Source of the DNA: the human T2T-CHM13v2.0 reference genome, Homo sapiens | Strand: one strand, 5' to 3' | NCBI RefSeq assembly: GCF_009914755.1 | Contig: NC_060926.1 | DNA: 64,000 bases | Shown: one piece after another, positions 26,489 through 41,390 of the stretch | How positions within the stretch are numbered: the stretch's first letter is position 1 | Layout: every line of letters starts with the position of its first letter | Notes under the pieces: generated by a model | Seen by the model: only the letters and a program-made list of their open reading frames with translations | Databases searched by the model: none | What the model was told of the DNA's origin: nothing | Program-made: the position numbers and the translations under genes

Positions 26489-27466
26489 TCTTTATTTTTT
26501 AATATTTGCCCTGGCTGGGGGATACTTGGCTGCTCTACTTTATCCTGGAGACAGCATACTATCTCCCTAACCCTCCTGGTGAACCCTTTCAGCTTCCCTC
26601 TAAACCTCTATATCATCCTTCATAGGTTTTTTGGTGCATCTTTAGAAAAGCAGAAAGTTTATGGCAGTGGGATAAGTGCAGGAGGAGTTGTGGGGAGACT
26701 GGGTTCCAGCCCTACCACTCTGTGCTAACTTCCTGGGCTACCTATTCTGACCCCTGACTTGTTCCCCAGTGATGAGCTCCATCCCAACTATGAGCACCTC
26801 CAGCACCCACCTGCCTTTCCAGCACCCCAGGGGCCTCCCTGACTCCTCCTGCTCTCCTATATCCACATCCAGTCCTTCCCCAAGCCACAGGCGCCACTCT
26901 TCTAGTGTGTGTACAGTGAGTCCTCATTTCTGTCTCACTGCCAGCCACAGCCCAAGCATCTCTTGTGTACCCTTTTGCCAGTGTCTCTGGTGGGGTCTGT
27001 TCTGGGCCCCCTGCCTGAGGACCCAAACTTCCTATCTCCTTGCATTGGGGGACACTGGCTTTAGGGCTCAGGTCAGGCACCAGCTCTTCCAGGAAGGCTT
27101 TCTGGCTGCTCCACCATCCCCTATCACTGATACCTATGCTAGGGATGCAGTGACCCAGGCTGTCTTGTGGGAGCCACCAAGACTTTAGCAAAAGTATCTG
27201 AGATCCCTGGCAGGGCTGCAGCCCAGTTGGACTTTTGGTCCTTGGCAAAAACAATTCATCACAAAAACTTTCAAACATACACAGTAGTAGAGAGAGCAGT
27301 ATCTATCACACAGCATCTGTCACGCAGCTGCCACAAAGATCTGCTATGGCCAGCCCCCAGTCCCTGGCTCCTAGCCCCCAGCCCCCGTTGTGTTAATTCC
27401 CCCTTAGGTACTTCAACATACACCTCTAAAAGGTAAAGGTTCTCTTTAAAACTCTACAATGATATT

Positions 27467-28574
<1,108 letters not shown>

Positions 28575-29435
28575 AAAACTCTACAATGATATTATTATTA
28601 AGCCTAAATATATTAACAAGAACTCCTTAATGTTAATTAATATCCATCAGTTGTAATTTCCTCAGTTGTCCCATAAATGCCTTTTTATAATAATTTATGC
28701 AAATCAGGGCCCAGACAGGGTATACACATTGCCTTTGGTTGATAGATCTCTCAAGTCTCTTTAATCCATAACAGTTTTCCCCTCGCTCCCCTTTTTATTT
28801 TTTTAAAAAATTTCTTCTATATATTAGAAAAAAGCCGGGTCATTTGTCCTCTGAGCTTTCTATATTCTCAGTTTCACTGATTGCTGTTGCATCTCTGTGT
28901 TCTTATTCATCACGACCCCGATCTTGTGCGTTGCTTGTGAACTTACGGTTACATTCAGAAGCTTGATTAGGTTTGGGTTCAGTTTTTTTGAAAATAATTT
29001 TTCAGAAGTGGTGCCAGGTGCTTCCTGTTGCATTTTATTGGGAGGTGCACAATTTCTGATTCTTTCTGTGAAGTGACAACTCATCAGTAGATTCAGATGC
29101 TGTTGATTTCATCTATCCATTGTAAATTTCCCACAGCCTTTCACCTTATGGTTCTAGCAGCCATTATTATAATGTGATTTAATATATAATATATGTATAT
29201 AAAATATGTAATTTAGTGGCTCATTATTTTATTAGTTCTGCAAAGTGGTGATGGCCTATCATTCTTTCTGCACTTCCTAGGTGAAATTCTTCTATAACAT
29301 TCTTCACTTCATTGATTATTTCCTTAGACTGAGGTTTATACAGGAAAGGCAGGGTAAATGCTTGATTCTTTCTCTTTTAAATGTTTTCAAAATAATATAT
29401 TGGTTCCCTAGCATCCTCCAAAAGTAACAAATAAG

Positions 29436-29812
29436 TTTTATTTATTTATTTATTTTATATTTATTTATTATTTATTATTATTATTATTATTTTGAAATGA
29501 AGTCTCGCTCTGTCACCCAGTCTGGAGAGCAGTGGCACAATCTCCGCTCACTACAATCTCGGCTCACTACAATCTCGGCTCACTACAATCTCTGCTTCCT
29601 GGGTTCAAGCGATTCTCCTGCCTCAGCCTCCCAAGTAGCTGGGATTATAGGCACGCACCGCCACACCTGGCTAATTTTTGTATTTTTAGTAGAGATGGGA
29701 TTTCACCATGCCATGTTGACCAGGCTGGTCTCAAACTCCTGACCTCAAGTAATCCACCCGTCTCAGCCTCCCAAAATGCTGGAATTACAGGCTTGAGCCA
29801 CCGTGGCTGGCT
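29436..29812 (-). mobile_element. Alu (AluS) with internal 16-bp tandem amplification
   Basis: Reverse Alu with a (TTTA/TTA)n tail and acaatctcggctcact x3.5 at 29537-29592. Confidence 0.95.
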
Positions 29813-29868
29813 GAGTTTGTAAAAATATTATGAACTCAATATTTTGTTTGCTTCGAGCCATTTTAGTC

Positions 29869-30164
29869 TTTTTTTTTTTTTTTTTTTTTGAGGCAGGGTC
29901 TCACTTTGCTGCCCAGGCTGGAGTGCAGTGGCGCACTTCTAGCTCCCTGATACCTTGACCTCCCGGGCTCAAACAATCCTCCCACCTCAGCCTTCTGAGT
30001 AGCTGGGACTACAGGCAAGTGCCACCACACCCAGCTAATTTTGTTTACTTTTTGTAGAGATGAGGTCTCCCTATGTTCCCCAGGCTGGTCTGGAGTTCCT
30101 GGACTCAAGTAATCCTCCTGTCTCAGCCTCCCAAAGTTCTGGGATTACAGGCATGAGTCACTGC
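29869..30164 (-). mobile_element. AluJ
   Basis: gagg cagggtctcact...ctcaaacaatcctcccacc. TSD cattttagtc / cattgtagtc. Confidence 0.93.
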
Positions 30165-30825
30165 TCATTGTAGTCATTTTTTAATGGTAAAATTGTCCCA
30201 TCATTGGCCAGTATGAGGCATTTTGAGTTGGCTCCTTCTAACTTCCTTGCTTTTGTGTGTAACAAGAAACCTCATCTTATATTTTTCCTTCCCTAGCCCT
30301 GGAATCATCCATTTCTCCAAGGTGCCCTGGGTCCTTGGAGAGCCCAGTCTGGAATGATAATGCTCATTGCCTCTGAGTTGGTGTGACTTATAGGGCTTTT
30401 TGGTGGCTGGATCTTTTGAAAGAGAAAATCCATCATGAGCTCATATTGATATTTCCAATTCAAGTTGATGATGACAGGGCTTTTAACCTTATTTTATCTT
30501 ACAGTTGTATTTCTTTTATATTATGCTGAAAATTTTGGTTCCTAACTATATTAACATCATTCCCTCTCTTTAAAGCAGCAAGGGTTCTTAACCTCAGGTA
30601 CATGGAAGGACTTGGGACTCTATGCACCCCTGGAGTTAGATGGTTAGATGTAAAATGGCATGTGAGCATGGATGAAAAATGTGACTGTGAGCATATGTGT
30701 GTGCCAGTTGAGTGCCTATATGAGTGTATTAGTAGATGAACACACACACATTTGACAACCCTCCCCCCCCACACACACACAAAGAATTATCTGGTGGTCC
30801 AAAACATCAAGAATGCCAAGAATAT

Positions 30826-31184
<359 letters not shown>

Positions 31185-31239
31185 CTAAAAAAATAATGGG
31201 GAGTTGCATTGGGAAATGCCATAGAAAGACTATAGTGAT

Positions 31240-31688
31240 TGTATTAATTTCCTAGGGCTGTTGTAACAGCACCACAAACTAGGTGGCAAAACAGCAGAAA
31301 TGCATGGCTTCACAGGCCTGGAGGCTACAAGTCTGAGATCAAAGGTGTCGGTAGGGTTGTTTCCTTTTGAAGGTGGTGAGGGTGAATCTGTCCCGTGCCT
31401 CTCTCCTAGCTTCTGGTGGTTTGCTGGCATTTGGGGCATGGCTGGGCTCCTAGAAGCATCACCCTGATCTCTGCCTTCTTCTTCATGTGTGTCTATTTGT
31501 CTGTGTCCAAATTTCCTGCTTTTATAAGGGCACCAGTCATATTGGATTGGGCTAACCCTAATGACCTTATCTTGATTACGTCTGCCAAAAACCCCATTTC
31601 CAAATAAACCCCTAGTTCACATTCTGAGGAACTAGGGTTAGGACTTCACTGTATCTTTCTGAGGGGACACAATTCCACCTATACCTAC
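31240..31688 (-). mobile_element. MLT1B/C MaLR solo LTR
   Basis: tgtattaatttcctagggctg...tctctcctagcttctggtggtttgctggca...ggggacacaattc. Confidence 0.85.
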
Positions 31689-31714
31689 AATGGTACTGCT
31701 CCCCTCTGCAGCGG

Positions 31715-31990
31715 TAGGGTAGTGCAGTGGTTGAGTGCCGACACTGGGGGTCACACTTCCTGGGTTCAACTATGGAGGTGGCATAAGTACAGGAGAAGTT
31801 GTGGGGAGACAGGGTTCTAGCCCTGCACTGATAATACGTTCAAAGATTTCTTATCTGTGCCTCTGTGAAGTGGGATGAGGTCAGTATCCACTTCCTATGG
31901 AGGTTATGAAAAATAAATGAGTTAATCTGTATGAAGTCCTTGGTCCAGCATCTGACACACGGTAGTGTGACACTCTGAGTGTCAGCTGAG
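31715..31990 (+). mobile_element. MIR SINE with an internal extra segment
   Basis: gcagtggttgag...cctgggttcaa...tctgtgcctc...taaatgagttaat. Confidence 0.7.
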
Positions 31991-33479
31991 TAAGCACGGC
32001 CATCACTGTCGTTTTGCTGGGCACCGAGGGTGGGCTGGCTGGGAAAGGTGTCAGCATGAAGGAAGTCATGGATGACATGGGTGCAGAATCCAGAGCCTGC
32101 TTACCTCGCTATGCTTACGGGGCATCCCTACCTAAGGATAAGAGGGAAGGGGGACTTCCATTTAGTGCCAGACACTGGGGCAAGGGCTCACAAAGATCAC
32201 CGCTGATGCCCATTGCCACCTTGCCAAGGAGACCTTTGTATCTCCATTTTCCTAGTGAGGAATGTGAGGTTTGCAGGCCTTGAGGAATCGGCCAGAACTC
32301 CGGCTACTGACTCAGTTCTCCTTCCTCTCCAACCCTCCGCAGGGGTGAAGGACAGGCTCAGAGGACCCTTCTCCTTCTGCTTCAGCCCTTCCCCAGCTTA
32401 TCCTTGTGGGCCAAGCCCCGCCCAGGTAGGAAGAGCCCTCTGGTCTCCGCCACACTCAGCTCTCCAGTGCTCTGTCTGTGAAATGGGGGCCAAGGCACCT
32501 GCCGATGTGCCCCAGTGGGCTGGGGGCAAGGGCATTGTGAAAGCACATTGGGAATCCTGGCCAGCGCCCATGGACAGAAGGAGCTTGCTGGGTGCCTGCA
32601 ACATCCCAGCCTTTCATGGTGGAACCCCTTGGGCGCCTTTTCTTCTTACAGTTGGTACATTGGCTCTGGCCTCAAGATCACCACATCCCTCACAAAAGCT
32701 AGAGCCCACGTGATTTTTTTCCATTAAAAAAAAAATCCTTAGTTTAGGCATGTGGACTGTTTGCTTACACATCTGCAAGATCAGCTGTCTTTGCAGTTTA
32801 AGTTCAGTGATGCTTGGGGCTGTGGTACCTGCCCTTGGCGGCCCTCAGCTCTGCCCCAGGTTGTCTGGTGAAGCCGCTGGGCTCTGGTCACACTGGCCTG
32901 ACATCTCTCAGCATCCCCCCAACCCCCACTGCGGCTCTGACTCTTTCTGCCTTGGGCCTTCACATGTTGTCCCCAGCCTGCACACTCCTCCCTCCCCCAG
33001 TGTAATTCTCTGCCACCCTTCACATGGCAGCTGTAGAGTCTCTGCTGGGGATACATGTCAGCCATGGGGCAGGGGCTGGGAGGACATTCCCTGGAGACCT
33101 TCCTTCACAGCCTGCATTGTTGTGGGATGGATCTGTGAACTTCTGCCACCCAGCTCAGGGAGGTGGTGTCAGGAACGGGGCTGGGCTCTCCTTCCCCTAC
33201 CATATCCCCAGTGCCCAGTACGGGGCTTGGAACCCTGGAGATGCTCTCTATATAGACAGACGAATGCCTCTTTCCAGGAAGGGAGCTGGCCTGTGTTCCC
33301 CTGGCTCTGACAGCTGGGACTCCATGGGCCCAGGGCTGCTGGGCCAGGCCATTGGAAATGACAGCTGACACCTTCGGAGCATGACTAGGTGTCTGGCACC
33401 CCTCTGAGCACTTTGCATGTATTAACTTTTATATTCTCCCCAATTACCTACCAGAGAGATACTATAATTAGTCCTACTT

Positions 33480-33940
33480 TTAAAAACTTTTTATATTGAA
33501 ATAATTTCACGCTTGAAAAAAATATTGCAAAAATGGTCCAAAAAGTTCCTGCCACACCTTCCCATGGCACAAACGCATGGCACAGTGACCAAAACCAGGA
33601 CACTGATAACGGTATGACACTGTTGACAATCCATAGATGAGTTTTCCTGTCAATATCCTTTTTCTGCTCCAGGATCTCATACAGGACCACTTTGCACTTG
33701 TGGTCCCGTCTCCTTAGAGTGGAGGGTTCTAAGGAGAACCTTGCCTCTGTCCTTGTCTTTCATGACCTTTGCACTTTTGAAGAGTCCTGATCAGTTGTTT
33801 TGTGGAAATGTCTCTCAGTGTTGATTTGTCTTATGCTTCCTCATGTTCAAATTCAGATGATGTATGTATTTTTGGGCAAGAAAACCACAGAAGGGAAGCC
33901 ATGCCCTACTCAGTGCATTGCATCAGGAGCTACTTGATAT
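33480..33940 (-). mobile_element. L1MC-like 3' end inserted in a MIR (MIR halves ~33355-33475 and ~33945-34000)
   Basis: tttttatattgaaataatttca...ttgcaaaaat...ccaggatctcatacagga...catgacctt...cacttttgaagagt. Confidence 0.7.
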
Positions 33941-35346
33941 TGCACGAATCCCATTTTCAAGATGAATAAACTGCAGCACTGAAAAGTCAAGAAACAGATT
34001 AGAATGCAGCTAACAGCTCACATCTGTCGAGCACTTGCCCATGCACCTGGGGCATGTATTCAGCCACTTCTACCCCTGGGGCACAGCGAGTGGATCCCCA
34101 ACTCAGCAGTGAGCAGGGGAGGGAAAGGGTGAGGACAGAGGGTGGTGGATGGGAGCAGCCAGGGTGAAGGACAGAGCCAGCTCCTGCAGCCTCCAGGGAG
34201 GGGCCAGGCCCACAGAGGCAGCACTGGGCCACTGTGGTGCCTCTGACCCAGGCAGATAGGGGCAGAGCTCGGGATAGGGGCCGGACCAGACTAAACAAGG
34301 CACAACCTGGACTCTCGTTTGGGTGAATCCTCGGCCCCAAGGCTGAGGTTGGCGATAGCGGGGACACAACTGAGGCTTTGCAGGGGGAGCTGAGCTTGCT
34401 CTGCAGGCCACACTGAAGGAGTGCCCCCACCGGCCCTCTCCACTGGGCTCTGCTCATGGGGGTGGGTGAGGGGAGAAGGCAAAGTGGGGCAGGGCCCTGG
34501 GCCCCCACAGTGTCCCCTGCCAGGCTCCCCCAGCCCAAGCTAGCCATGGGGTTGGAGGGGTGAAGGACGGAGTGACCACAGTTGCCCTGCATTAGGAAAA
34601 TATGCATTTTAATACAGGTTGCCCACTGCCCTCCCCAGCCTGTTCCCCCGACCACCTACCTCCTCTCTTCAGCTCAACTCAGGGCTCCCCCATGTGGCAT
34701 CCTGCTCTCCCTCTGTCCAGCCTCCACTCTCTTCCTGCCGCCTGCTCTTCATCTTTTTGAGTGCTTCTCTGGGACCCAACCCATGAGACAACAGCCATCA
34801 CAGGGCCCCCAGTGCTCCTAGCTCAGGGCACCCTCCAGGAGGCAGCTCCTGCAAGCCTTGCCCTCCACGGTCCCTCAACTCCCCCTCGGCTGCAGGCAGC
34901 ATCCTGCTGTACCCCAGGGCAAGGGGCAGGATGGGAGATTTAGTTCCTCATAGCCACGGGCAAGGCTGGTAGTATCAGCCCCGCTGTAGGGATGAGGAAA
35001 CTGAGGCTGCAGCTTCTCTTCAGAGGCTGACAGCGGTCTCTCCTGCTTTTCTTCCTTTTGCCTTGGCAGGACCAGCACAGCTGAAGTTGCTGCCACCTGA
35101 CTGTGGCCTGCAATTTCCCGATTCCCTCTCCAGGCTTCTCCCCTTCCCACCTCGGCCTCTCTCTAAATCCTACTGAGAGAACCCCAGGTTTAACTTTTCT
35201 ATTTTTGTCTTCCCATGGTTTTGTTTGCTGTTTCCCTCCCTGCCATCTCTCTTTGGGAGGGAGTGTAATCCGCATAGAGAGGAGAGTCTTTTATATGACT
35301 TGAGATTCACAGTAGTTCACAACTTCCACCTTTGTCACCGTCACCC

Positions 35347-35408
35347 TGGCATCTTGAACCTAAAGTCACTTTCTGCTCTCCATGGCATCTTGAACCTAAA
35401 GTCACTTT
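35347..35408 (+). repeat. Perfect 26-bp direct repeat, period 36
   Basis: tggcatcttgaacctaaagtcacttt at 35347-35372 and 35383-35408. Confidence 0.95.
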
Positions 35409-36464
35409 TATCTTTTGGCCCCGCCTTGCAAGACCCGCCCACTGCTGTGGCCCACTCAGGAATCCCGGACACCAAGTCTATCCCCCGGCATCCCCCTGCA
35501 CTCCGTGCCTTTGAGCATGGAGCATACATTGAGTGCTGGCTTCAAGTTCCCCCACCCAGTCTGAGCCAGAGCCCTGGAGAGAGGGTGGCAGGGACCGATG
35601 GACCCTTCTCCAGATGCACACAGCCCAACGTCAGTGCCTCTGGTTGTGACTGTCCCCTACTGTACAGGCATTGGTAGCATCTTTGCCACGTGTACACAGG
35701 CTTAGGGCAAAAGTCCCGTGGGCTGATTGGTAAGCTGAAATAGTGCCTTTCAGCCTTACACGTGCTCTGTAATTGCAAGGAAAGCAGCCCGGAGGCCGGC
35801 TCCTACCCTCTGGTGCCTCTGCGGTCCCATCTCATCTCAGGTCCCTCCTCTGCTTGTCCCTCCTGGCCCCATGCCCAGTGACCTATTTCCACCTCATTCC
35901 CTTCTCTCATCACCTGTGCCCTTCAGCACTTTGCAGTTGAATATGACTCAGTTCCGGCCTTTAAGGGGCCCACAGTGCAGTGGGTTCTCAGGCAGCCTGT
36001 GGCCACTGTGCCATGCTGATGTCTTTCCCCTGTGGGCTGGACTGTGGGGACTTTCTGGCTACTGGGCCCATCGTCACATGCACATGCCTTCTTGCTTTTC
36101 TCCCTGGAGGCTGGGACAATGTCTTGCCATGGTTCTGTCCCTCATCCCTGGTCCTCAGCCATGGCCATTGCCAGTCAGTGCTTTGTGTATTAGCTGCTTA
36201 GTAAATATGCCCAAGGGATGGATTGTAGGCTGTGGAGCAACAGACAAGGGAAGCCCCAGGTTCTGGAGAAGCCTGTGCCCAAAGAGGGGAAGGTATTTGC
36301 CCAAGATCACAAAGCTACGGTGGATTTTGTATGTATTGATTGTAGTGCTTTCCAAATGCTCCATTTACTCTGGGATTAAATGAGATATTCCTTGAAAAGC
36401 AAATGCTTGACCATAGTAAGCTCTCAATAAAGCTATCTGCTATTGTTGCCATCATTACTTTACA

Positions 36465-36544
36465 TTAGCCTGAGCTACACAAAATTGCCATTTCTGTAGG
36501 TCAGCAGTGGTTGAATATTGGCAATTTCATACAGTTCAATGCAA
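36465..36544. mobile_element. MADE2 (mariner-derived 80-bp MITE)
   Basis: aaattgccatttctgtaggtca...ggttgaatattggcaatttcata matches MADE2, with inverted aaattgcca/tggcaattt arms. Confidence 0.85.
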
Positions 36545-36847
36545 TATTTTTCCCCCTCAAAATTGGCGTACTTTGTTTATTAAATGAATGTATTTTAAAA
36601 GGAACTTTTCATCCGTGTTGTATTAATTGCACTGGTCATAGTAGACGGTAACATGCCCCTACGCACAATGAAAGTAAGGTAATGCTGTTAGATTCTGCTT
36701 AGACATTCTTGCCTTCTCAAGACACTGTACTCCCCTTGTTTCAGATGGAGATTAGCAAGAATTCAAGAGGGGCTGAAAGCATTCAGGCCCCACTTTTTCC
36801 TTCATGGATCTGAAGAGTTAACAAGACTCTTAAAAATGGAGTTAAGA

Positions 36848-37210
<363 letters not shown>

Positions 37211-37713
37211 TCAGTGTCACCCCTGGGACCCCCTGAAACTCCTGGAATCTGCCTTGCTGAGGGAACCCCTGATTGGTAGGAGATGCTCTGGAAGGTCGCC
37301 TTGAAACGTGGCCGGTACTAAGGCAGCCGAAACAAGGCCTCCCGTGAGCCTGAGCTGAGGCCTGCCCATCTCTGGCCCCAGGCCCACAGCGGAGGGAGGG
37401 ACCTTCTCTTTGCAGGGTCCAGGGCTGGAAGGAACTGTAAACAGTATCCCATTCAATATTGCGGCTTCCCAGGGATGGACAGCAAGACTCAGAGGAAGAA
37501 GGACCTGCCCAGGGTCACACAGCAAATCAGGGTGGTGGGTAGGGACCTCCCAGAACCCAGCCCTCTGAACACTAACCCCTACTCCTTCTGCCCTACTCTA
37601 ACACCTCCCTCCAAGACCCCTCACTTCTGCTGCCACCACCTGCTCCCCGCCAGGCAGGAGCAGAGGTGCTGGGGGCTTCCTAGGGGATGACTCCCTAGAC
37701 TGTAACTGTTCTT

Positions 37714-37944
37714 TTGTTTGTTTGTTTGTTTGTTTGTTTTTTGAGACAGCGTCTTGCTCTGTTTCTTAGGCTGGAGTGCAGCGTCATGATTGTAGCTCAC
37801 TGCCGCCTCCATCTGTGCTCAAGCGATCCTCCTGCTTCAGCCTCCTAAGGAGTTAGGACTGTAGGCATGCACCACCATGCCTGGCTATTTTTTTCATTTT
37901 TAAATTTTTCATAGAGATGGAATCCTGTTATGCTGTCCAGGCTT
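37714..37944 (-). mobile_element. AluJ, 5'-truncated
   Basis: (TTTG)n tail and ctcaagcgatcctcctg. TSD tgtaactgttctt / tgtaatcgttctt. Confidence 0.9.
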
Positions 37945-38079
37945 GTAATCGTTCTTGATGAGCCAGTCTTCTTCCCCTCAAGAGGAAAAGTGGGGGGTCT
38001 CACTCATCTCTATGCCTAGCATAGTGGCTGATGCTGAAAAAACATGTGCTGGACAAAACATCAAAGACCGACCAAGCAC

Positions 38080-38240
38080 CATGAGGTAAGTGCCATTAGC
38101 CCATTTTAAAGAAAGAAAAGTTGAGGCCCAAAGAGGTTACATAGCTCACCCAAGGTCACACAGCTGCTAACCAGCGCAGTCAGGCTTAGAACCCGGCTTG
38201 GTCCAACACCAAACCCATACTTTTCCCAGCTGATGGTGCT
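38080..38240 (-). mobile_element. MIR SINE
   Basis: cccattttaaaga...tgaggcccaaagaggtta...cccaaggtcacacagct. Confidence 0.75.
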
Positions 38241-39199
38241 GTCTGACCTCCTTGCATGCCTGCAACGTAGACAGGTCAAAGAGTAGTCCCAATAGCAGAC
38301 GAGGAACCAAAGCCCTGAGTGGGGACATGCTCTTCCAAGGACACAGAGGTGAGGACCTGAGGCCTAGCCCTAGTGCTCAGCCCTGGGCCCCCAACCAAAG
38401 CCTCCTGTCCCCAGCCCCACCCAGGCTAGGTCTCCTGCTAGGTGCACTCTACTGTTCCACCAGCTCCTAGGGGTGTGATGTCACTGCCCCATCCAGCTCC
38501 TCTTGCCTGGCCTCTGCTGGAGCCTCCTTCCTGGCCTCTCTGCCCTGACCCAGGCCAGGCATTCTCATCTCCATGCACTGAGCCTTGTGGAAATCAGACC
38601 AAGTCCCTCCTGGATGGAACCCCTCCGCTGGCTTGCCTCTCTCCTAAGGACCAACTCATCTGAAGTCCCTGCCGTGGCCCTGCAGGCCATGTGCCATCTA
38701 GCCCCACATCCTCCTCATCTCATCTCTTTCTCCAACCCAGACACTCCTGAAGATACCAGACATATTCCACCCATCCTGAGGACTTCGTGTTGGCTGTCCC
38801 CTCGACCTGGAAGTCTGCACAGCATTTCATGATGGGGCCACTTCTTATTCATTGATTGCCTGTCTCCACTGCAATATGAGCCCCAGGGAACATCATCCCG
38901 GCCTTTGCTGAGGCTGCACCCCCTGCCCCCACCCATCCATGGCCTGCCACGTGGTCACCCTCATTCCACAGTGCAGATCCTCGGCCTCAGCCTGGCACAA
39001 GGCTGGGTCCCAGAATCAGCTGCGCCCTTGTCACCCCACCTGGGGCCCCACACACAGGACAAATGACAGGCGTGTCTCCTCGGGTGCTGGGGACCAGCCC
39101 TGGAGTGTCCCCCATTGTTCCCAGAAATTAGCAGCGGTTGCCGCATTCAGGGGAAGCACTCCACCCCACGGGCTATGGCACTTGGGGGAGAAGAGAAAA

Positions 39200-39560
39200 A
39201 AGACAAGCAAGATCACCAGGCGGGCCAATGCCGGTGCCTTTTCCCTGCCTGCGATGCACACTTCATTTAATTTTTATAGTGGAGGGAGATGTGGGGTCTT
39301 TTGAGCATCGATATCCTCGTGGGCAAGTCTAAGTGTCAGACAATAAGCGGAGGAGCGGCGCTCGGAGCGCGTTGGCCGCGCTGTCAGTCTTGCCCAGATT
39401 AACAACTTCATCTGAGCCTTTGTTGATATTGACACTCGGTTGCTAGGTAACATGTTTACTGCTCAATGAATAGGACTTGAGGGCCAGTGGGGGCACAGTC
39501 AACAGATTGGCAAATAAGGCAAACGTGCCATGACTTGATGTGCCCATCGTGGTGCCCAAG
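39200..39560. promoter_or_regulatory. Candidate enhancer with RFX X-box
   Basis: CGGTTGCTAGGTAAC (X-box core 39439-39451), adjacent TGTTTAC, three TGTCA/TGACA sites, CTTTGT and a CpG cluster at 39347-39381. Confidence 0.55.
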
Positions 39561-40365
39561 GGTGCAGAGGACGCTGATCTGCACTGACCCCCGATAGGGC
39601 GAGTGGCTGTGGCCTCATGCCCAGGTGGGGAAAGTCCAGGAAAGCAGCGCTGTTTACACCCAGGGCCCAATCTCGTGATGACATAGATGCCCCTGGCCTC
39701 TTGACAAGGGTGCTTCTCTCCAGCAACGCTGTGACACGGTGTCCCTGCAACTCTGCTGCCCTGGAGAGGCCCTGCCCGCCTATTGCACCCTCAGCACCTT
39801 TGGCAGCTCCTGCCCCCTACTTTATCCCTATCCACAAGGGGTGTGCTGTCCTGAAAGGAACCCACGGCTGGGAGTCAGAAGACTTTGTCACTTCCCTTGG
39901 CTGGGAGGCCGTGCATGTGTGACTCAGGCCTTGTGTTGCAGGGCCTGTATGCTGCGAACGTATCCCCTGCCCTGCCTACCTCATCAGGGCATTCAAAGGA
40001 AAGGGAGGGCCCACCGTTTATTGAATGCCAGCCCTGCGCCAGGCCCTGTGCTGGGCCTGCTAGTCATTCCCTTTAGGCCTTGCAGCCACCCTGTGAGGTG
40101 GGCTGCTGACTGTGAACTCCTTTCTGATGAGTTCCTGTTAAGTGATCAGCCTTGAGGAGTAGTCGGTCTGCAGACTCCAGAACCCTCATTCCACTGTCCC
40201 ACACAAAGACTTGCTCCTCTGTTCCCCACCTTAAGCTACCTGTTGACTCAAGGGCTGTGTGGAAAGGGGTCAGTCGGTCTGGCGAGCAGACGGCAAGGCC
40301 ACCACAGGGCTCAGCAATGGGCATTTTGCTGAGCATGTTAGAGAAGCAAGGCTCTGTAAGAAAAT

Positions 40366-40465
40366 CACACGATGTACCCAGGTAACAAACCTGCACGTGA
40401 ACCCCCCAAATCTAAAATGAAAGTTGAAATTATTTTCAAAATAAAAAATCCCAAAACAAGACCAA
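40366..40465 (+). mobile_element. Very short L1 3'-end insertion (old L1PA/L1PB)
   Basis: tacccaggtaacaaacctgcacgtgaaccccccaaatctaaaatgaaagttg plus an A-rich tail. aagaaaat on both sides. Confidence 0.8.
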
Positions 40466-40827
40466 AAGAAAATGGTTGGTCAAAACTCAACAAAGAGAAA
40501 TGAGAATAATCAGACTCTGCACACAGCAGTCAAGACTGCAGGGCACAGAGGGCGCTTCCATGTGGGAATAGGAGGGGGACAAAGAAGCTGAGGAATGACC
40601 AGGAGGACAAGGAGGAGGGGAACCTGGACCTGCATGGAGCCTGGGGGCTGCAGCTCCACCATGCCCACCTGCACAAGAAGAAGCGGACACGAATATGCCA
40701 GGCTCCGTGTCTGGCGGCAACTCTGCATCCTCCACAGTCAGGCTTGCCCAAGCCACACCTGCGCTCTCCAGTTCTCACCTGAGTGGAGGCCCAGACAGCC
40801 TCCACATAGAGCCCTGATGGAGGGTCT

Positions 40828-41390
40828 ATCATTCATTCATTCACTCCACACATATTTGGACCTTCTGTCTGCCAGGCTCTGCAACTGTTGCAGCTGTCGC
40901 TATGAAGGACACAAGCCAGGTCCCCACTTTCACGGAGACTTCGATGTGGCAGAGAAGGTGGACATGAGACACCTGATAATTACATACCGACATATCTCAT
41001 GACAATTGCGCTATGTGCTGTGGGGAAGCTGTGCATTAAGGTGGAGGAGCTCACCTCACCCAGGGGCCACAGGCAGCTCCCTGGAGAAGCCGCGATGAAG
41101 CTGAGACAGGAAGGAGGAGCTGCAGGTGTCCAGCTGACTAGGGAGGGCGGGGACGTCCCTAGGGTGAGAAAGACACTGAAATGTTGGAGGAACTGGGAAA
41201 AGCCCAGTGTGATTGGAGCCAAAATTCAAGGTGGGAAAAGAAGTGGAGAAAGAGTCAGGGGCTGGATTCTTCAGGCCTTGCCGGCCATAGTGAGCACTTG
41301 GATTTTGTTCTAATAGCAAAATAGTGATGGGGAGCCATGAGGGGCATTAGCAGGAGGAGGATACACTGGGATTCCAGGTGCTTTTATAGG
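40828..41390 (-). mobile_element. L2 LINE
   Basis: (TTCA)n start, then tgccaggc...cttggattttgttctaa...gatggggagccat. Confidence 0.8.

Noticed and set aside
35347-35408. Repeat-spacer-repeat resembling CRISPR
   Set aside because: Only two repeats with a 10-bp spacer, no cas genes, and primate DNA.
40575-40790. Purine-rich segment translating to ...HLHKKKRTR..., suggestive of a pseudogene fragment
   Set aside because: There is no homeodomain or other recognisable continuation, and no poly(A) or TSD.
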